Below are positions 24,201 through 36,329 of a stretch of DNA of 64,000 nt, in pieces (positions within the stretch are counted from its first letter, which is position 1; each line of letters opens with the position of its first letter). The notes below the pieces were generated by a model that did no database searches, was not told where the DNA came from, and worked only from the letters and a program-made list of their open reading frames with translations. The stretch spans positions 166,325 to 230,324 of the forward strand of contig NIVC01000942.1 in NCBI GenBank assembly GCA_002269645.1, read 5' to 3'. A program made the position numbers and the translations under genes. The DNA is from Macrostomum lignano. Taxonomy: Eukaryota.

Positions 24201-27200
24201 CCTGCTGTTCCCCTCGGAGCACATGCGGAAATTGTTCTACAACTCAGCCACCACCACACTGCTGTCTGTGGCGCAGGGAGACGAAGATCTCGAGGAGGCC
24301 TTTGATCAGGTGGGTTTGCGGCGTGTCTGTAATTTGGGGATGTGTCACTGCAATCTGTGATGTGTCACTGAGTGCAATCTGTGATGTGTCACTGCAATCT
24401 GTGATGTGTCACTGTGTGCAATCTGTGATGTGTCACTGTGTGCAATCTGTGATGTGTCACTGTGTGCAATCTGTGATGTGTCACTGCAATCTGTGATGTG
24501 TCACTGCAATCTGTGATGTGTCACTGTGTGCAATCTGTGATGTGTCACTGTGTGCAATCTGTGATGTGTCACTGTGTGCAATCTGTGATGTGTCACTGTG
24601 TGCAATCTGTGATGTGTCACTGTGTGCAATCAATGATGTGTCACTGTGTGCAATCTGTGATGTGTCACTGAGTGCAATCTGTGATGTGTCACTGCAATCT
24701 GTGATGTGTCACTGTGTGCAATCTGTGATGTGTCACTGTGTGCAATCTGTGATGTGTCACTGTGTGCAATCTGTGATGTGTCACTGCAATCTGTGATGTG
24801 TCACTGCAATCTGTGATGTGTCACTGTGTGCAATCTGTGATGTGTCACTGTGTGCAATCTGTGATGTGTCACTGTGTGCAATCTGTGATGTGTCACTGTG
24901 TGCAATCTGTGATGTGTCACTGTGTGCAATCAATGATGTGTCACTGTGTGCAATCTGTGATGTGTCACTGTGTGCAATCTGTGATGTGTCACTGTGCAAT
25001 CTATGATGTGTCACTGTGTGCAATCTGTGATGTGTCACTGTGCAATCTATGATGTGTCACTGTGTGCAATCTGTGATGTGTCACTGTGTGCAATCTGTGA
25101 TGTGTTACTGTGTGCAATATGTGATGTGTCACTGTGTGCAATCTGTGATGTGTCACTGTGTGCAATATGTGATATGTCACTGCAATCTGTGATGTGTCAC
25201 TGCAATCTGTGATGTGTCACTGCAATCTGTGATGTGTCACTGTGTGCAATCTGTGATGTGTCACAGAGTGCAATCTGTGATGTGTCACTGTGTGCAATCT
25301 GTGATGTGTCACTGTGTGCAATCTGTGATGTGTCACTGTATGCAATCTGTGATGTGTCACTGTGTGCAATCAATGATGTGTCACTGTGTGCAATCTGTGA
25401 TGTGTCACTGTGTGCAATCTGTGATGTGTCACTGTGTGCAATCTGTGATGTGTCACTGTGTGCAATCTGTGATATGTCACTGTGTGCAATCTGTGATGTG
25501 TCACTGTGTGCAATCTGTGATGTGTCACTGTGTGCAATCTGTGATGTGTCCCTAAAATATGAAAATGTGATTTTGTATTCTAGGAACATCCGCATAGCAA
25601 CATCTGACACCTGAGTAACGCTCGGTCTCCCCCCCCCCAGGTCGTAGAATTCGACTACGAACTGGACGACCGAGGCGGCGGCGGTCGCAAGCTGCTGGGC
25701 CGGGGCACCTTCGGCACGGTGTACGCCGGCATTGAGAAGCGGCGCCAGATGAAGATCGCAATTAAGGAGATCAATGAGGATCAGGTGAAAGAGGTTCAGG
25801 CGCTGCACGAAGAGATCCGTCTGCACTCCCGGCTGAACCATCGGAATATTGTGCGCTACTTGGGGTCCATGTCCGAGGCCGGGATTATCAAGATCTTCAT
25901 GGAGCAGGTGCGACCGGTTTGGCTGCATGAGTGTATCTGGGGCTAATTGTCTAATAGCCTCAAACATTGGAGCTAATAGTCTCTATACGTTGGAGCTAAG
26001 AGCCTCTAGACATTAGAGCTAGTAGCCTCTAGACATTGGAGCTAATAGCCTCGGGACATTAGAGATAATAGCCTCTAGACATTAAAGCTAATAGCCTCTA
26101 GAGATTAGAGCTAATAGCCTCTAGAGATTAGAGATAATAGCCTCTAGACATTAAAGCTAATAGCCTCTAGACATTGGAGCTAATAGCCTCGGGACATTAG
26201 AGATAATAGCCTCTAGACATTAAAGCTAATAGCCTCTAGAGATTAGAGCTAATAGCCTCTAGAGATTAGAGATAATAGCCTCTAGACATTAAAGCTAATA
26301 GCCTCTAGAGATTAGAGCTAATAGCCTCGAGACATTAGAGATAATAGCCTCTAGACATTAGGGCTAATAGATCGTAGCCTCTAGACCTTGAAGCGAACAG
26401 CCTCTAGATATTGGAGCAATATGTAGTCTCTAGATACTGCAGCTAAAAGCCTCTAGACATGGAAGCTAATAGCCTCTAGATGCTATAACTTTACCCCGCC
26501 ACATGCCCGCAGGTGCCCGGCGGCTCTCTGAGCTCCCTGCTCAAGAAGAACGGCCCCCTGTCGGAGCAGATCACTGCCTATTATTCCTACCAGATTCTGG
26601 AAGGCCTGCAGTATCTGCACGACAATAAAATTGTCCACCGCGACATCAAAGGCGACAACATTCTGGTGAACACGTACAGCGGCGTGTTGAAGATCTCGGA
26701 CTTCGGCACCAGCCGCCGCCTGGTTGGCATGGCCCGGCTGCCACTTTCACCGGCACAATCCAGTACATGAGCCCTGAAGTCATCGACCTCGGCATCAAAG
26801 GCTACGGCCTGCCGGCTGACGTCTGGTCCTTCGGCTGCACAGTGATCGAGATGCTGACTGGCCAGCCGCCCTTCATTGAGCTGGGCTCCGTGCAGGCCAC
26901 CATGTTCAAAGTGGGGTTCTATAAGGTGAGCATTTGGGATACCTCAGGTCAAAGGTTCAAATTCCTCAGGTCACAGCTTCAGCTACCTCAGGTCAAAGCT
27001 TCAGCTACCTCAGGTCATAGCTTCAGCTACCTCAGGTCATAGCTTCAGCTACCTCATGTCATAGCTTCAGCTACCTCAGGTCAAACTTCAGCTACCTCAT
27101 GTCATAGCTTCAGCTACCTCAGGTCAAACTTCAGCTACCTCAGGTCATAGCTTCAGCTACCTCATGTCATAGCTTCAGCTACCTCAGGTCAAACTTCAGC

Positions 27201-30049
27201 TACCTCATGTCATAGCTTCAGCTACCTCAGGTCAAACTTCAGCTACCTCAGGTCATAGCTTCAGATATCTCATGTCATAGCTTCAGCTACCTCATGTCAT
27301 AGCTTCAGCTACCTCATGTCATAGCTTCAGCTACCTCATGTCATAGCTTCAGCTACCTCATGTCATAGCTTCAGCTACCTCATGTCAAAGCTTCAGCTAC
27401 CTCATGTCATAGCTTCAGCTACCTCATGTCATAGCTTCAGCTACCTCAGGTCATAGCTTCAGCTACCTCATGTCATAGCTTCAGCTACCTCAGGTCAAAG
27501 CTTCAGCTACCTCATGTCATAGCTTCAGCTACCTCATGTCAAAGCTTCAGCTACCCCAGGTCAAAGTTTCAGCTACCTCAGGTCACAGCTTCAGCTAGTC
27601 ATTATTATTCCCCATTTGCGTAGGTGCACCCAGACATCCCGGAGGCCAGCAGCAAGACCTGCTCAGACTTCTGCCTGCAGTCCTTCGCCATCGACCCCAA
27701 CCAGCGGGCCACCTGCGCCCAGCTTTTGGCTCACGATTTCCTGGCCGAGGCCGCCCGCCTGCTGCACCGGAAGCGGGGCACCAACCGAGGCATCAGCCGC
27801 ACCGACCAGGCCGCCAGTGGCGGCGGCGGCAGCGGCGGTGCCGGTGGCGGAGGCAGGCGGCACCCGCACCACCTGGCCTCCATCGATGTTGCTGCCGCCC
27901 ACGCAGCGACTGTCACGTCGGCCTCAGCAACGGTGACCCCGACTTCCGCCTGCGCTCACAACGCCGCTGTGGCAGCCGCCGCCGTAGCTGGCAGCGCATC
28001 GGCGGCGAACACGCCGAGCCCGCCGTCGTCCAGCGCCGCCGACCATCTGCTCAGCCCGTTCATCAGCGACGTGCCCAGCAGCAGCGGCAGCAGCAACACC
28101 AGCAACAAGTTCTTCTTGCTCCGCAAAGACTCCGAGCGTCGGGAGACTCTGCACGGCATCATGCTGCAGGATTGGACCGAGATTGTGCAGCGCTGGATCC
28201 AGCTTCTCGGCGATCAGCACTGCGACTGCAGCGCCGCCTCTTCCTCCGCCGCCACTGCCGACGAAGCTGGTGCCGCTGCTGCTGCCGCAGCCTCAGCCTC
28301 CGCGACCATCAACGTGCCCGACTCCGACCTGCTCGCCCAGGTGCTGCGCGCGTTCGCCGCCTACATCAAAGAGCGCCAGGCTCGATTCGCCGAACTGGAG
28401 GACGCCATGCGCCGCCTGGTGTCCGCCTCGGGCTACCGGACCGCCAGCCTGGCCGTCTACTCGCTCGGCGAGGCCGTCACCGCCACCCTGCGCCGCCGGC
28501 ACATCCAGCCGCACTGGGTGTTCGCCCTGGACAGCATCCTCAGGGATGCCATCGAAGCGGCCGCCCGCTGCCTGCCAGCCTCCAATCCGGCCGCCGCTGC
28601 CGATGCTGCCGCCGGCGATGGCGCAGCAGCTGCTGACAACGGCGCCGAGGACGAGGACGCGCTGACGTCCGGTGTGTCGACTTACGACAGCCGCGACGCC
28701 AGCGGCACAGCGGGGGCCAGACCGCAGCAGCAGCCGCAGCTGCAGCGTCGGCAGTCGCAACAGCAGCAGCAGTCGCCTCCGGCGCCTTCCATGGCGATCT
28801 CCGCCGCTGTCAACTCCGAAGCCTCGTCAGAACACCTCGACAGGCTTCGCCGACGCTACAGTGAAGCGACGTCCGAGTACGCCCGCCTGCTGGAGCGGGC
28901 CTGCGCCGGCCGGCTGGCCGAGTGCCAGCAGCTCCGCCTTCGGCTGCAATCGTCGTCGGCCGAGTCAGAAACTGCGGCGGCCGCCGCTGCCGCCGACGCC
29001 TCGGACGCGGACACGGTGAGGATCGACCCGGACATGGCGGCCTGGGCGGAGCGCGAGGCCCGAGTGTCCAGCGTCGATGTCGCCGTGCTGGCCCTGCAGG
29101 ATTTCGATTTGGAGACGCTGCTGCTGTGCGACAAAGAGGATCTGAGCCGGGCGCCGATCCGGTGAGTGCGGGACCGGTCTGGGGTCATTCAAATCTTGTC
29201 TCCCCGATCCCTACAGCCTTCCAGTGCCGATCAACATGAGGTGGCTCAATGGTTAACTCAAATCTCAACCTCAGATCCATCAGTTTCGAACTTCGTAGAT
29301 CCCTTAATCTTATTCTACTAGATCTCACCCTAGATCCCTAAATCTCACCCTAGATCCCTAAATCTCACCCTAGATCCCTAAATCTCACCCTAGATCCCTA
29401 AATCTCACCCTAGATCCCTAAATCTCACCCTAGATCCCTAAATCTCACCCTAGATCCCTAAATCTCACCCTAGCTCCCCAAATCTCACCATAGATCTTTA
29501 AATGTCACCCTAGATCCATAAATCCCACCATAGGTTTCTAAATCTCATCTTAGATCCCTACATCTTACCCTAGATCCCTAAATCTCACTTTAGATTCTTA
29601 ACTTTCACCATTGATCCCTAAATCTCACTCTAGATCCCTAAATCTCACCATAGATTCCTAAATCCCGCCATAAATTCCCAACTCTCACTCTAGATCCCTA
29701 AATCTCACCCTTCGTAGATCCTTAAGTCCCACCTTTCCCAGATCACTGAAACTCGTCTTCTAGATCCCTAACTTCCACCTCTAGATCCATAAACCTCATT
29801 CTCTAATCTAGATCTCTAACTCTAGAGAAGCCCCTTAGGCAAAATCCCTAGATTCTATACTTAGATTTCTATTCTACTATTCTGCAGCAAATTATACAGG
29901 TCCCTGTTTTATTCCTATTACGCAGAGGCGGCGCAGTTGTCAGACTCTGGCAGGCGATTCTCAGGCACCGAGCCAGCCAGCAACAACAGCAGCAGCAGCA
30001 ATCTTCATCTGAAGCACCTGGCAACCCAGGTACCGAAGCCCAGCACTAA
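15254..30049 (+). CDS. MAP3K5: ASK-family MAP3K (ASK1/MAP3K5-like); exons ~15254-15483, 19525-19636 (or alternative 17407-17512), 20840-20950, 21440-22099, 23395-24309, 25641-25907, 26513-26925, 27624-29161, 29926-30049; start codon unresolved; one frame break near 26735
   Basis: [50 protein letters not shown]; kinase motifs [33 protein letters not shown]; RKDSERR; SAM-like end [12 protein letters not shown]. Intron phases are consistent. Orthology within MAP3K5/6/15 is not resolved. Confidence 0.93.
15540..15844. mobile_element. Second hAT-like MITE with CT-rich interior in ASK1 intron 1
   Basis: Imperfect termini CAGAGGAGGGCGAACT / CAGGGGTAGGCGAACT (13 of 16) and internal GGCCCGC motifs shared with 1179-1396; no clear target-site duplication. 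Confidence 0.55.
16315..16822. repeat. 31-bp minisatellite AGAGTTTAGCACCAATTTAGTGTCCTAGACA
   Basis: About 16 direct units. Confidence 0.96.
17407..17512 (+). CDS. Candidate alternative ASK1 exon 2a, paralogous to exon 2b (19525-19636)
   Basis: Acceptor GCTTTGTTTCCAG, donor GTAATG; 106 nt, phase 2 to phase 0 like exon 2b; encodes (R)[35 protein letters not shown]. Confidence 0.7.
17639..18268. repeat. 25-bp minisatellite GATGAGATTCTAATTGGGTCTAGAT
   Basis: About 25 direct units. Confidence 0.97.
18687..19006. repeat. 23-bp minisatellite AATGGTCCCTAATCCACTGCTAG
   Basis: About 13 direct units. Confidence 0.94.
20970..21372 (+). repeat. 28-bp minisatellite GGATCTGGGAGGCTGGCCCAGCAACTGA in ASK1 intron 3
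   Basis: About 14 direct units; reverse complement of the array at 30413-30903. Confidence 0.96.
22143..23335. repeat. Near-pure polypyrimidine tract, ~39-bp unit, filling ASK1 intron 4
   Basis: Almost only C and T on the plus strand for 1.2 kb; source of the KGE/FPL ORFs. Confidence 0.96.
24339..25550. repeat. 24-bp (20-bp variant) minisatellite GATGTGTCACTGTGTGCAATCTGT in ASK1 intron 5
   Basis: About 50 direct units. Confidence 0.97.
25950..26480. repeat. 23-bp minisatellite AGCTAATAGCCTCTAGACATT(A/G)G in ASK1 intron 6
   Basis: About 22 direct units. Confidence 0.95.
26938..27597. repeat. 22-bp minisatellite CTTCAGCTACCTCA(G/T)GTCATAG in ASK1 intron 7
   Basis: About 30 direct units. Confidence 0.96.
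29315..29830. repeat. 20-bp minisatellite TAGATCCCTAAATCTCACCC in ASK1 intron 8, degenerating rightwards
   Basis: Perfect units at 29330-29470, then diverged copies. Confidence 0.92.
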
Positions 30050-30412
30050 TTGGCAATAGAATATTCAATAGAGAGTTCAAACTTCATTAATTATCAGTAA
30101 TTAATAGTGATTGTTATTCAGTAGCTTCATTGAATTGTCTTGTGTATATATATTTTATGTACCCTCCTCGCGTACAGACTGCAACAGATATTTACCTGTC
30201 ATAGTTTCTGTGACCAATAACTGATCAATTGTCTCAGTTGTCAAACTGAAAGTCTAGCAGAGCCCAACCTTTGCATGATGAACAAGTGTTAAGCACTTTT
30301 TTCTACCTTTTCGTTTTTTATTTCCCTCTGCAGTGCTGCATGATTTTGTCGTATTTTTCAAATTGAAGCGCTTGTTAGCAACTGCTAGGAGTTGTCCCCA
30401 TCAAGTTGACTT

Positions 30413-30903
30413 CATCAGTTGCTGGGCTGGCCTCCCAGATCCTCAGTTGCTGGGCCAGCCTCCCAGATCCTCAGTTGCTGGGCCAGCCTCCCAGATCCTC
30501 AGTTGCTGGGCCAGCTTCTCAGATCCTCAGTTGTGGGCCACCGCCAGACTCCCAGATCCTCAGTTGCTAGGCCAGCCTCCCAGATCCTCAGTTGCTGGGC
30601 CAGCCTCCCAGATCCTCAGTTGCTGGGCCAGCCTCCCAGATCCTCAGTTGCTGGGCCAGCCTCCAAGATCCTCAGTTGCTGGGCCAGCCTCTCAGATCCT
30701 CAGTTGCTGGGCCAGCCTCCCAAATCCTCAGTTGCTGGGCCAGCCTCCCAGATCCTCAGTTGCTGCGCCAGCCTCCAAGATCCTCAGTTGCTGGGCCAGC
30801 CTCTCAGATCCTCAGTTGCTGGGCCAGCCTCCCAAATCCTCAGCTGCTGGGCCAGCCTCCCAAATCCTCAGTTGTGGGCCACCGCCAGACTCCCAGATCC
30901 TCA
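30413..30903 (-). repeat. 28-bp minisatellite CCTCAGTTGCTGGGCCAGCCTCCCAGAT downstream of ASK1
   Basis: About 17 units; inverted copy of the 20970-21372 family. Confidence 0.96.
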
Positions 30904-31535
30904 GACTAAATCTATTTCAATGCAGTGTCTCCCCTCCCAGAGCCGCAAGAAATGTATTATGGAGACTCGATCAGCTTAACCAGATTACAGTATTACATAT
31001 TCCAGTTTTAGCATAGAATGGACGCATGCCGTATACGAGCCACTGATGTTTTGTGAAGTCAAATTTTGTCATTTTCCACTCCGTTTGTCGCGTGTCCATT
31101 CTGCAGGAATCCATTTCAGTCTTTATGATCTTTTATACCCTTCCCTAAGTTGAGCTTGATTGCAAATGAAAAAGTAAAATTAAATTATGAAAAATACACT
31201 TTTTAAGCCTCAACTGGATCTCAACAGCACGCATGAGTAGGCTTACCAGGTCACGAGATGAGTTGTGTGTTAGAAGTCAGTACAAATGTAGAACCAGTGT
31301 GTGCAATTAATTAAATTAGCCCGTTCTCTGTCCACTACACTCTTACTATGCTTTGATCTGTTTGCCGCACTTATAATTGCATGTATACATAGATTCATGT
31401 TTGTAACTATTGAATATATATTAATCATTAACTGCTCTGGATCTTCTCCTTCTGTTGGAAACCACTGATTTACTGGCCCAAGTTTATAAGCCTGTGTGAG
31501 TACTTCGGTTACTTTGGCTAATTTTATGCATTATT

Positions 31536-31843
31536 GGGTCAGGTGTAAAGATTTATGGGTCAGGTGTGTAGATTGATGGGTCAGGTGTGTAGATTGATGG
31601 GTCAGGTGTGTAGATTGATGGGTCAGGTGTGCAGATTAATAGGTCAGGTGTGTAGATTGATTGGTCAGGTGTGCAGATTAATAGGTCAGGTGTGTAGATT
31701 GATGGGTCGGGTGTGCAGATTAATAGGTCAGGTGTGTAGATTGATGGGTCGGGTGTGTAGATTGATGGGTCAGGTGTGTAGATTGATGGGTCGGGTGTGC
31801 AGATTAATAGGTCAGGTGTGTAGATTGATGGGTCAGATACAAT
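31536..31843. repeat. 21-bp minisatellite GGGTCAGGTGTGTAGATTGAT
   Basis: About 14 direct units; source of the MGQVCRL ORF. Confidence 0.96.
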
Positions 31844-32426
31844 AGGTCAGATGGAAGATTCCTGTAGTGCAGAATTTCACTCCGGGATGCTTGTGTACCT
31901 TTTATCCTTTTGCCAGGGACTCCAGAGCTCGGAGCGTCACTTTGCTTGCAGACTCAGAAGTAGGAGTTCTCTGCTTTGTAGAAGCATTTCTAAGTCAAAG
32001 CAAATTGGCCAGGAATTTGTGAAAATCCGTGTCTGAGCAAACTTCGAATCCCAGCTCGCATATTCCAGTTGCTCAAATTTGTCTATGGCCATCAGTCCGT
32101 GCACAAAGGACAAGAGCCTCGTGCATTTGCATAGCGAATGCCTTCAAATTTCCAAGTCAGGAAATTGACTCATTTTCCATTCCAGCATTTTGAGTTCTTT
32201 GAATCATCGAGCTCATTAGTCTGGGGAAGTTCGAGCGGTCGAGCTTTATGAGAACTCGCATTCGAAACTCGAATTGAATAGAAAATGAGACCAGAAAAAG
32301 TTTAGGATTTGGGATTAACATTTACCGACTTTAAATGCACTGTCAATGTCCCTTATTGGCAGTGTCCTTCATTCTTCATTTCGCTACACTCCATCACAAT
32401 AAATCAGGACCAGGTGATGGACTCAC

Positions 32427-32812
32427 TCTGTACATGCTGATGCATGACCATACTGACAGTGTACATGCTGATGCATGACCATACTGACACTGTACATGCT
32501 GATGCGTGACCATACTGACAGTGTACATGCTGATGCATGACCATACTGACACTGTACAAGCTGATGCATGACCATACTGACACTGTACATGCTGATGCAT
32601 GACCATACTGACACTGTACATGCTGATGCATGACCATACTGACACTGTACATGCTGATGCATGACCATACTGACACTGTACATGCTGATGCATGACCATA
32701 CTGACACAGTACATGCTGATGCATGACCATACTGACACTGTACATGCTGATGCATGACCATACTGACACTGTACATGCTGATGCATGACCATACTGACAC
32801 TGTACATGCTGG
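32427..32812. repeat. 31-bp minisatellite GTACATGCTGATGCATGACCATACTGACACT
   Basis: About 12 direct units. Confidence 0.96.
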
Positions 32813-33199
32813 ATCATAGACGCCTTGCCGCCGAGGTTGATCTCGTGCGGGCCTGGGAAACAATTTTTGAGTCGCTGAGCCACCCGCGCTGCTCACCCAC
32901 ATCATCGGGTCAATATTGGCCTCGGCAACACACCCCCCTGACCCTGGGGGCAATCTGCAGCCCGGACCTTCGTGGCCATTATTGGATGTGATTGAAAGAT
33001 AATTGGATGCAACTGCCTGGGAGCCTTGGGGGCCCGCGCTTGCTGTCCTTGGCCTTCTGTTGACTGCAATCTTTTGGCAGCAAAGTTGCTAACATTGTTG
33101 CCGTGAAAGTTCGAGCATTCCTTCGCAGAGGGAAAGTGCAGTTCGACACACTTTGACCGACGATCCTGTGTATAAATGAGTTCTAGTAGGCCTCTGGGG

Positions 33200-33510
33200 T
33201 GTCGCTTTTACTGTATTTCAGCGCCGTTCTTACTGTATTTCGGCGCCATTCTTACTGCATTTCGGCGCCATTCCTACTGCATTTCGGCGCCATTTCTACC
33301 CCGGTTCGGCACCATACCTACTCTGTTTCGGCGCCATTCCTGCTCAGTTTCGGCGCCATTCTTACTCCATTTCGGCGCCACTCTTATTCCATTTCGGCGC
33401 CATTTCTAATCCATTTTGGTGCCATTTCTACTCCATTTTAGCGCCATTTTTTTCCATTTCGGTGCCACTCTTACACTGTACATCATTATAGTGTCACCTC
33501 GGCGCCATTG
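33200..33510. repeat. Diverged 22-bp minisatellite TTTCGGCGCCATTC(T/C)TACT(G/C)CA
   Basis: About 12 units with a GGCGCC core. Confidence 0.85.
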
Positions 33511-34529
33511 AAAGTACATTGTAAAGTACATTGTACTTCTGAAAAAGTACATTGTCTACTTTATCAGAAATCCATAAAACTCCCAGGCCGTTCCTCCCGG
33601 CTGCTCTTTTACATTTCTAATGTTAAAAAAAGTTTTATAGAGTTTTGCATTAGCCGAATAAAAATGATAATTCAAGCGTACAAGTCTTTTGCTTGGAAAA
33701 AATCTTTAACTTTTAATCCCACAAAATCCTGGTCTCTATTGACAACTCTGGGAGGGGCTGAGCAGAGTGGGGATTTTCCGGCAGCGCGGGATTATGCTTC
33801 CCTGCGGAAAGCTGCCAGCCAAAATGCATTTATTTTGGTGCCGCATGAAAAGTCCCCGTGTTAATTAATAATTTATCCCAAGTCCCGCAATCGAGTCGGC
33901 AAAGTTTTAAAACAGCCGCTGCGCCACCTGCCTTTCCCATCCTCCAGGGCCCTCCTATTCATTTCAATCAATCTTCGCTCTCCTTCACACTTCACACACT
34001 TTCTCTCCGGCACTCGACTGCGCCTCAAGTAGTTTCACAGGACTGGCCTCGGCTCCCCAGAGGCTGGCGGCAGCGGCCTTTTAATTAGGCGTTTTGAGAT
34101 GAGACGAGATAGGGAGGCAGGAATATCCGGCTTCGTAGAGTCTCTGATTGATGGGTCCCGGACATTGTTCACCTGATTTTATTTGGGGAAATTTAAAACA
34201 AACAGCCAACTAAACATTTGAAGCTTGCTGAGTTGATGAGGCTTGGAGGCTGCGGTTTTAGATACCCCATCTAGAGTTCACCTCCCCGGCCGGGGCTGAC
34301 TGGCTGGCTAGCTGGTTTCCCAGCCGCCTGTGCGGGGCTCATGAACAAGGATGGAGAGGCTGTGTGTTGCTGGCTCCGCCGACCCCCTGAGCACACAGAC
34401 ACGCGCTCACACCGGGTGTACAAGCAGTCCTGGCTTTCTCATCTTCGTAATAATAACAGCAATAGTTGATTGCACCTGCCCTAATTGGGCCAGATGTGCA
34501 ACCGACAGCTCAGCCGCAGCTATTGCGCG

Positions 34530-34742
34530 GCGCATCTGAAAGCTGCCTACGGCTGTTCAGTCCAAGGACGGGGGGTCGCTACACACAGCCTCAATTGCCC
34601 CAGCTAATGCTGGCACCCATTTTACAGCTGGGTGAACTGAAGCAATTCAGAGTATAGTGTCTTGCTCAAGGACACTAATTGTTCCGAGTGGGTCGAGAAT
34701 CGAACCCCCGACTTTCCGGTCTAACCACTAGGCTGCAACCCA
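34530..34742 (-). mobile_element. tRNA-headed CORE-type SINE, uninterrupted copy
   Basis: Minus strand: GCAGCCTAGTGGTTAG (A box), GGTTCGATTCT (B box), then GTGTCCTTGAGCAAGACACTATACTCTGAATTGCTTCAGTTCACCCAGCTGTAAAATGGG, aligning to the recalled MIR CORE GTGACCTTGGGCAAGTTACTTAACCTCTCTGTGCCTCAGTTTCCTCATCTGTAAAATGGG. Confidence 0.8.
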
Positions 34743-34957
34743 TGTAGAACCCATATGTATGTGCAACCCATGTTCATCTTCATATACAAGTACATAGTAC
34801 AGTCTGTATCCTGGGCCCGGCTTTGGCTCATGCTCAACACCCCAGCTCACTAAGGCGCAAATTTTGGTAGAAGTTTGACAGTTAGCTGTGTTGAATCGAA
34901 TCCATAAGGATTTTAAATATTCACCAGTACAGGGGATGGGAATTGGAATCCCAATGG

Positions 34958-36329
34958 ACAGGTAGGGGAACCTAGTGAACAGGTAGGGGAATCTGGTGAA
35001 GAGGTAGGGGAATCAAGTGAACAGGTAGGGGAATCTGGTGAACAGATAGGGGAATCTGGTGAACAGGTAGGGAAATCTAGTGAACAGGTAGGGGAATCTG
35101 GTGAACAGATAGGGGAATCTGGTGAACAGGTAGGGGAATGTAGTGAACAGGTAGGGGAACCTAGTGAACAGGTAGGGGAATCTAGTGAACAGGTAGGGGA
35201 ATCTAGTGAACAGATAGGGAAATCTGGTGAACAGGTAGGTGAATCTAGTGAACAGGTAGGGGAATCTGGTGAACAGGTAAGGGAATCTGGTGAACAGGTA
35301 GGGGAATCTGGTGAACAGGTAGGGGAATCTGGTGAACAGGTAGGGGAATGTAGTGAACAGGTAGGGGAACCTAGTGAACAGGTAGGGGAATCTAGTGAAC
35401 AGATAGGGGAATCTAGTGAACAGGTAGGGGAACCTAGTGAACAGGTAGGGGAATGTAGTGAACAGGTAGGGGAACCTAGTGAACAGGTAGGGGAATCTGG
35501 TGAACAGGTAGGCGAATCTGGTGAACAGGTAGGAGAATCTGGTGAACAGGAAGGGGAATGTAGTGAACAGGTCGGGGAATCTAGTGAACAGGTAGGGGAA
35601 TCTGGTGAACAGGTCGGGGAATCTAGTGAACAGGTAGGGGAATCTGGTGAACAGGTAAGGGAATCTAGTGAACAGGTAGGGGAATCTGGTGAACAGGTAG
35701 GGGAATCTGGTGAACAGGTAGGCGAATCTGGTGAACAGGAAGGGGAATGTAGTGAACAGATAGGAGAATGTAGTGAACAGGTCGGGGAATGTAGTGAACA
35801 GGTAGGGGAATGTAGTGAACAGGTAGGGGAATCTAGTGAACAGGTAGGGGAATCTGGTGAACAGGTAGGGGAATCTGGTGAACAGGTAGGGGAATCTGGT
35901 GAACAGGTAGGGGAATCTGGTGAACAGGTAGGCGAATCTGGTGAACAGGTCGGGGAATCTAGTGAACAGGTAGGGGAATCTAGTGAACAGGTAGGGGAAT
36001 CTGGTGAACAGGTAAGGGAATCTAGTGAACAGGTAGGGGAATCTGGTGAACAGGTAAGGGAATCTGGTGAACAGGTAGGCGAATCTGGTGAACAGGAAGG
36101 GGAATGTAGTGAACAGATAGGAGAATGTAGTGAACAGGTCGGGGAATCTAGTGAACAGGTAGGGGAATGTAGTGAACAGATAGGAGAATGTAGTGAACAG
36201 GTAGGGGAATCTAGTGAACAGGTAGGGGAATGTAGTGAACAGGTAGGGGAATGTAGTGAACAGGTAGGGGAATCTAGTGAACAGGTAGGGGAATCTGGTG
36301 AACAGGTAGGGGAATCTGGTGAACAGGTA
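34958..36329. repeat. 21-bp minisatellite GAACAGGTAGGGGAATCT(A/G)GT
   Basis: About 65 direct units; source of the CSPDSPT and YLFTRFP ORFs. Confidence 0.97.

Noticed and set aside
24518-25967. Cys/His-rich repeat ORFs resembling metal-binding proteins
   Set aside because: 24-bp intronic array; in frame only because the unit length is a multiple of three.
26723-26763. A 41-nt GT-AG micro-intron to repair the ASK1 frame break
   Set aside because: It would delete the conserved TFTGTIQ activation-loop residues.
23437-29239. Multiple antisense and off-frame ORFs over ASK1 exons
   Set aside because: Shadow ORFs of GC-rich coding sequence.
31850-33170. Possible unannotated minus-strand exons between ASK1 and mGluR (donor-like TGG|GTGAGC at about 32899)
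   Set aside because: No recognisable homology, stops in the candidate frames and no coherent exon chain; left unannotated.
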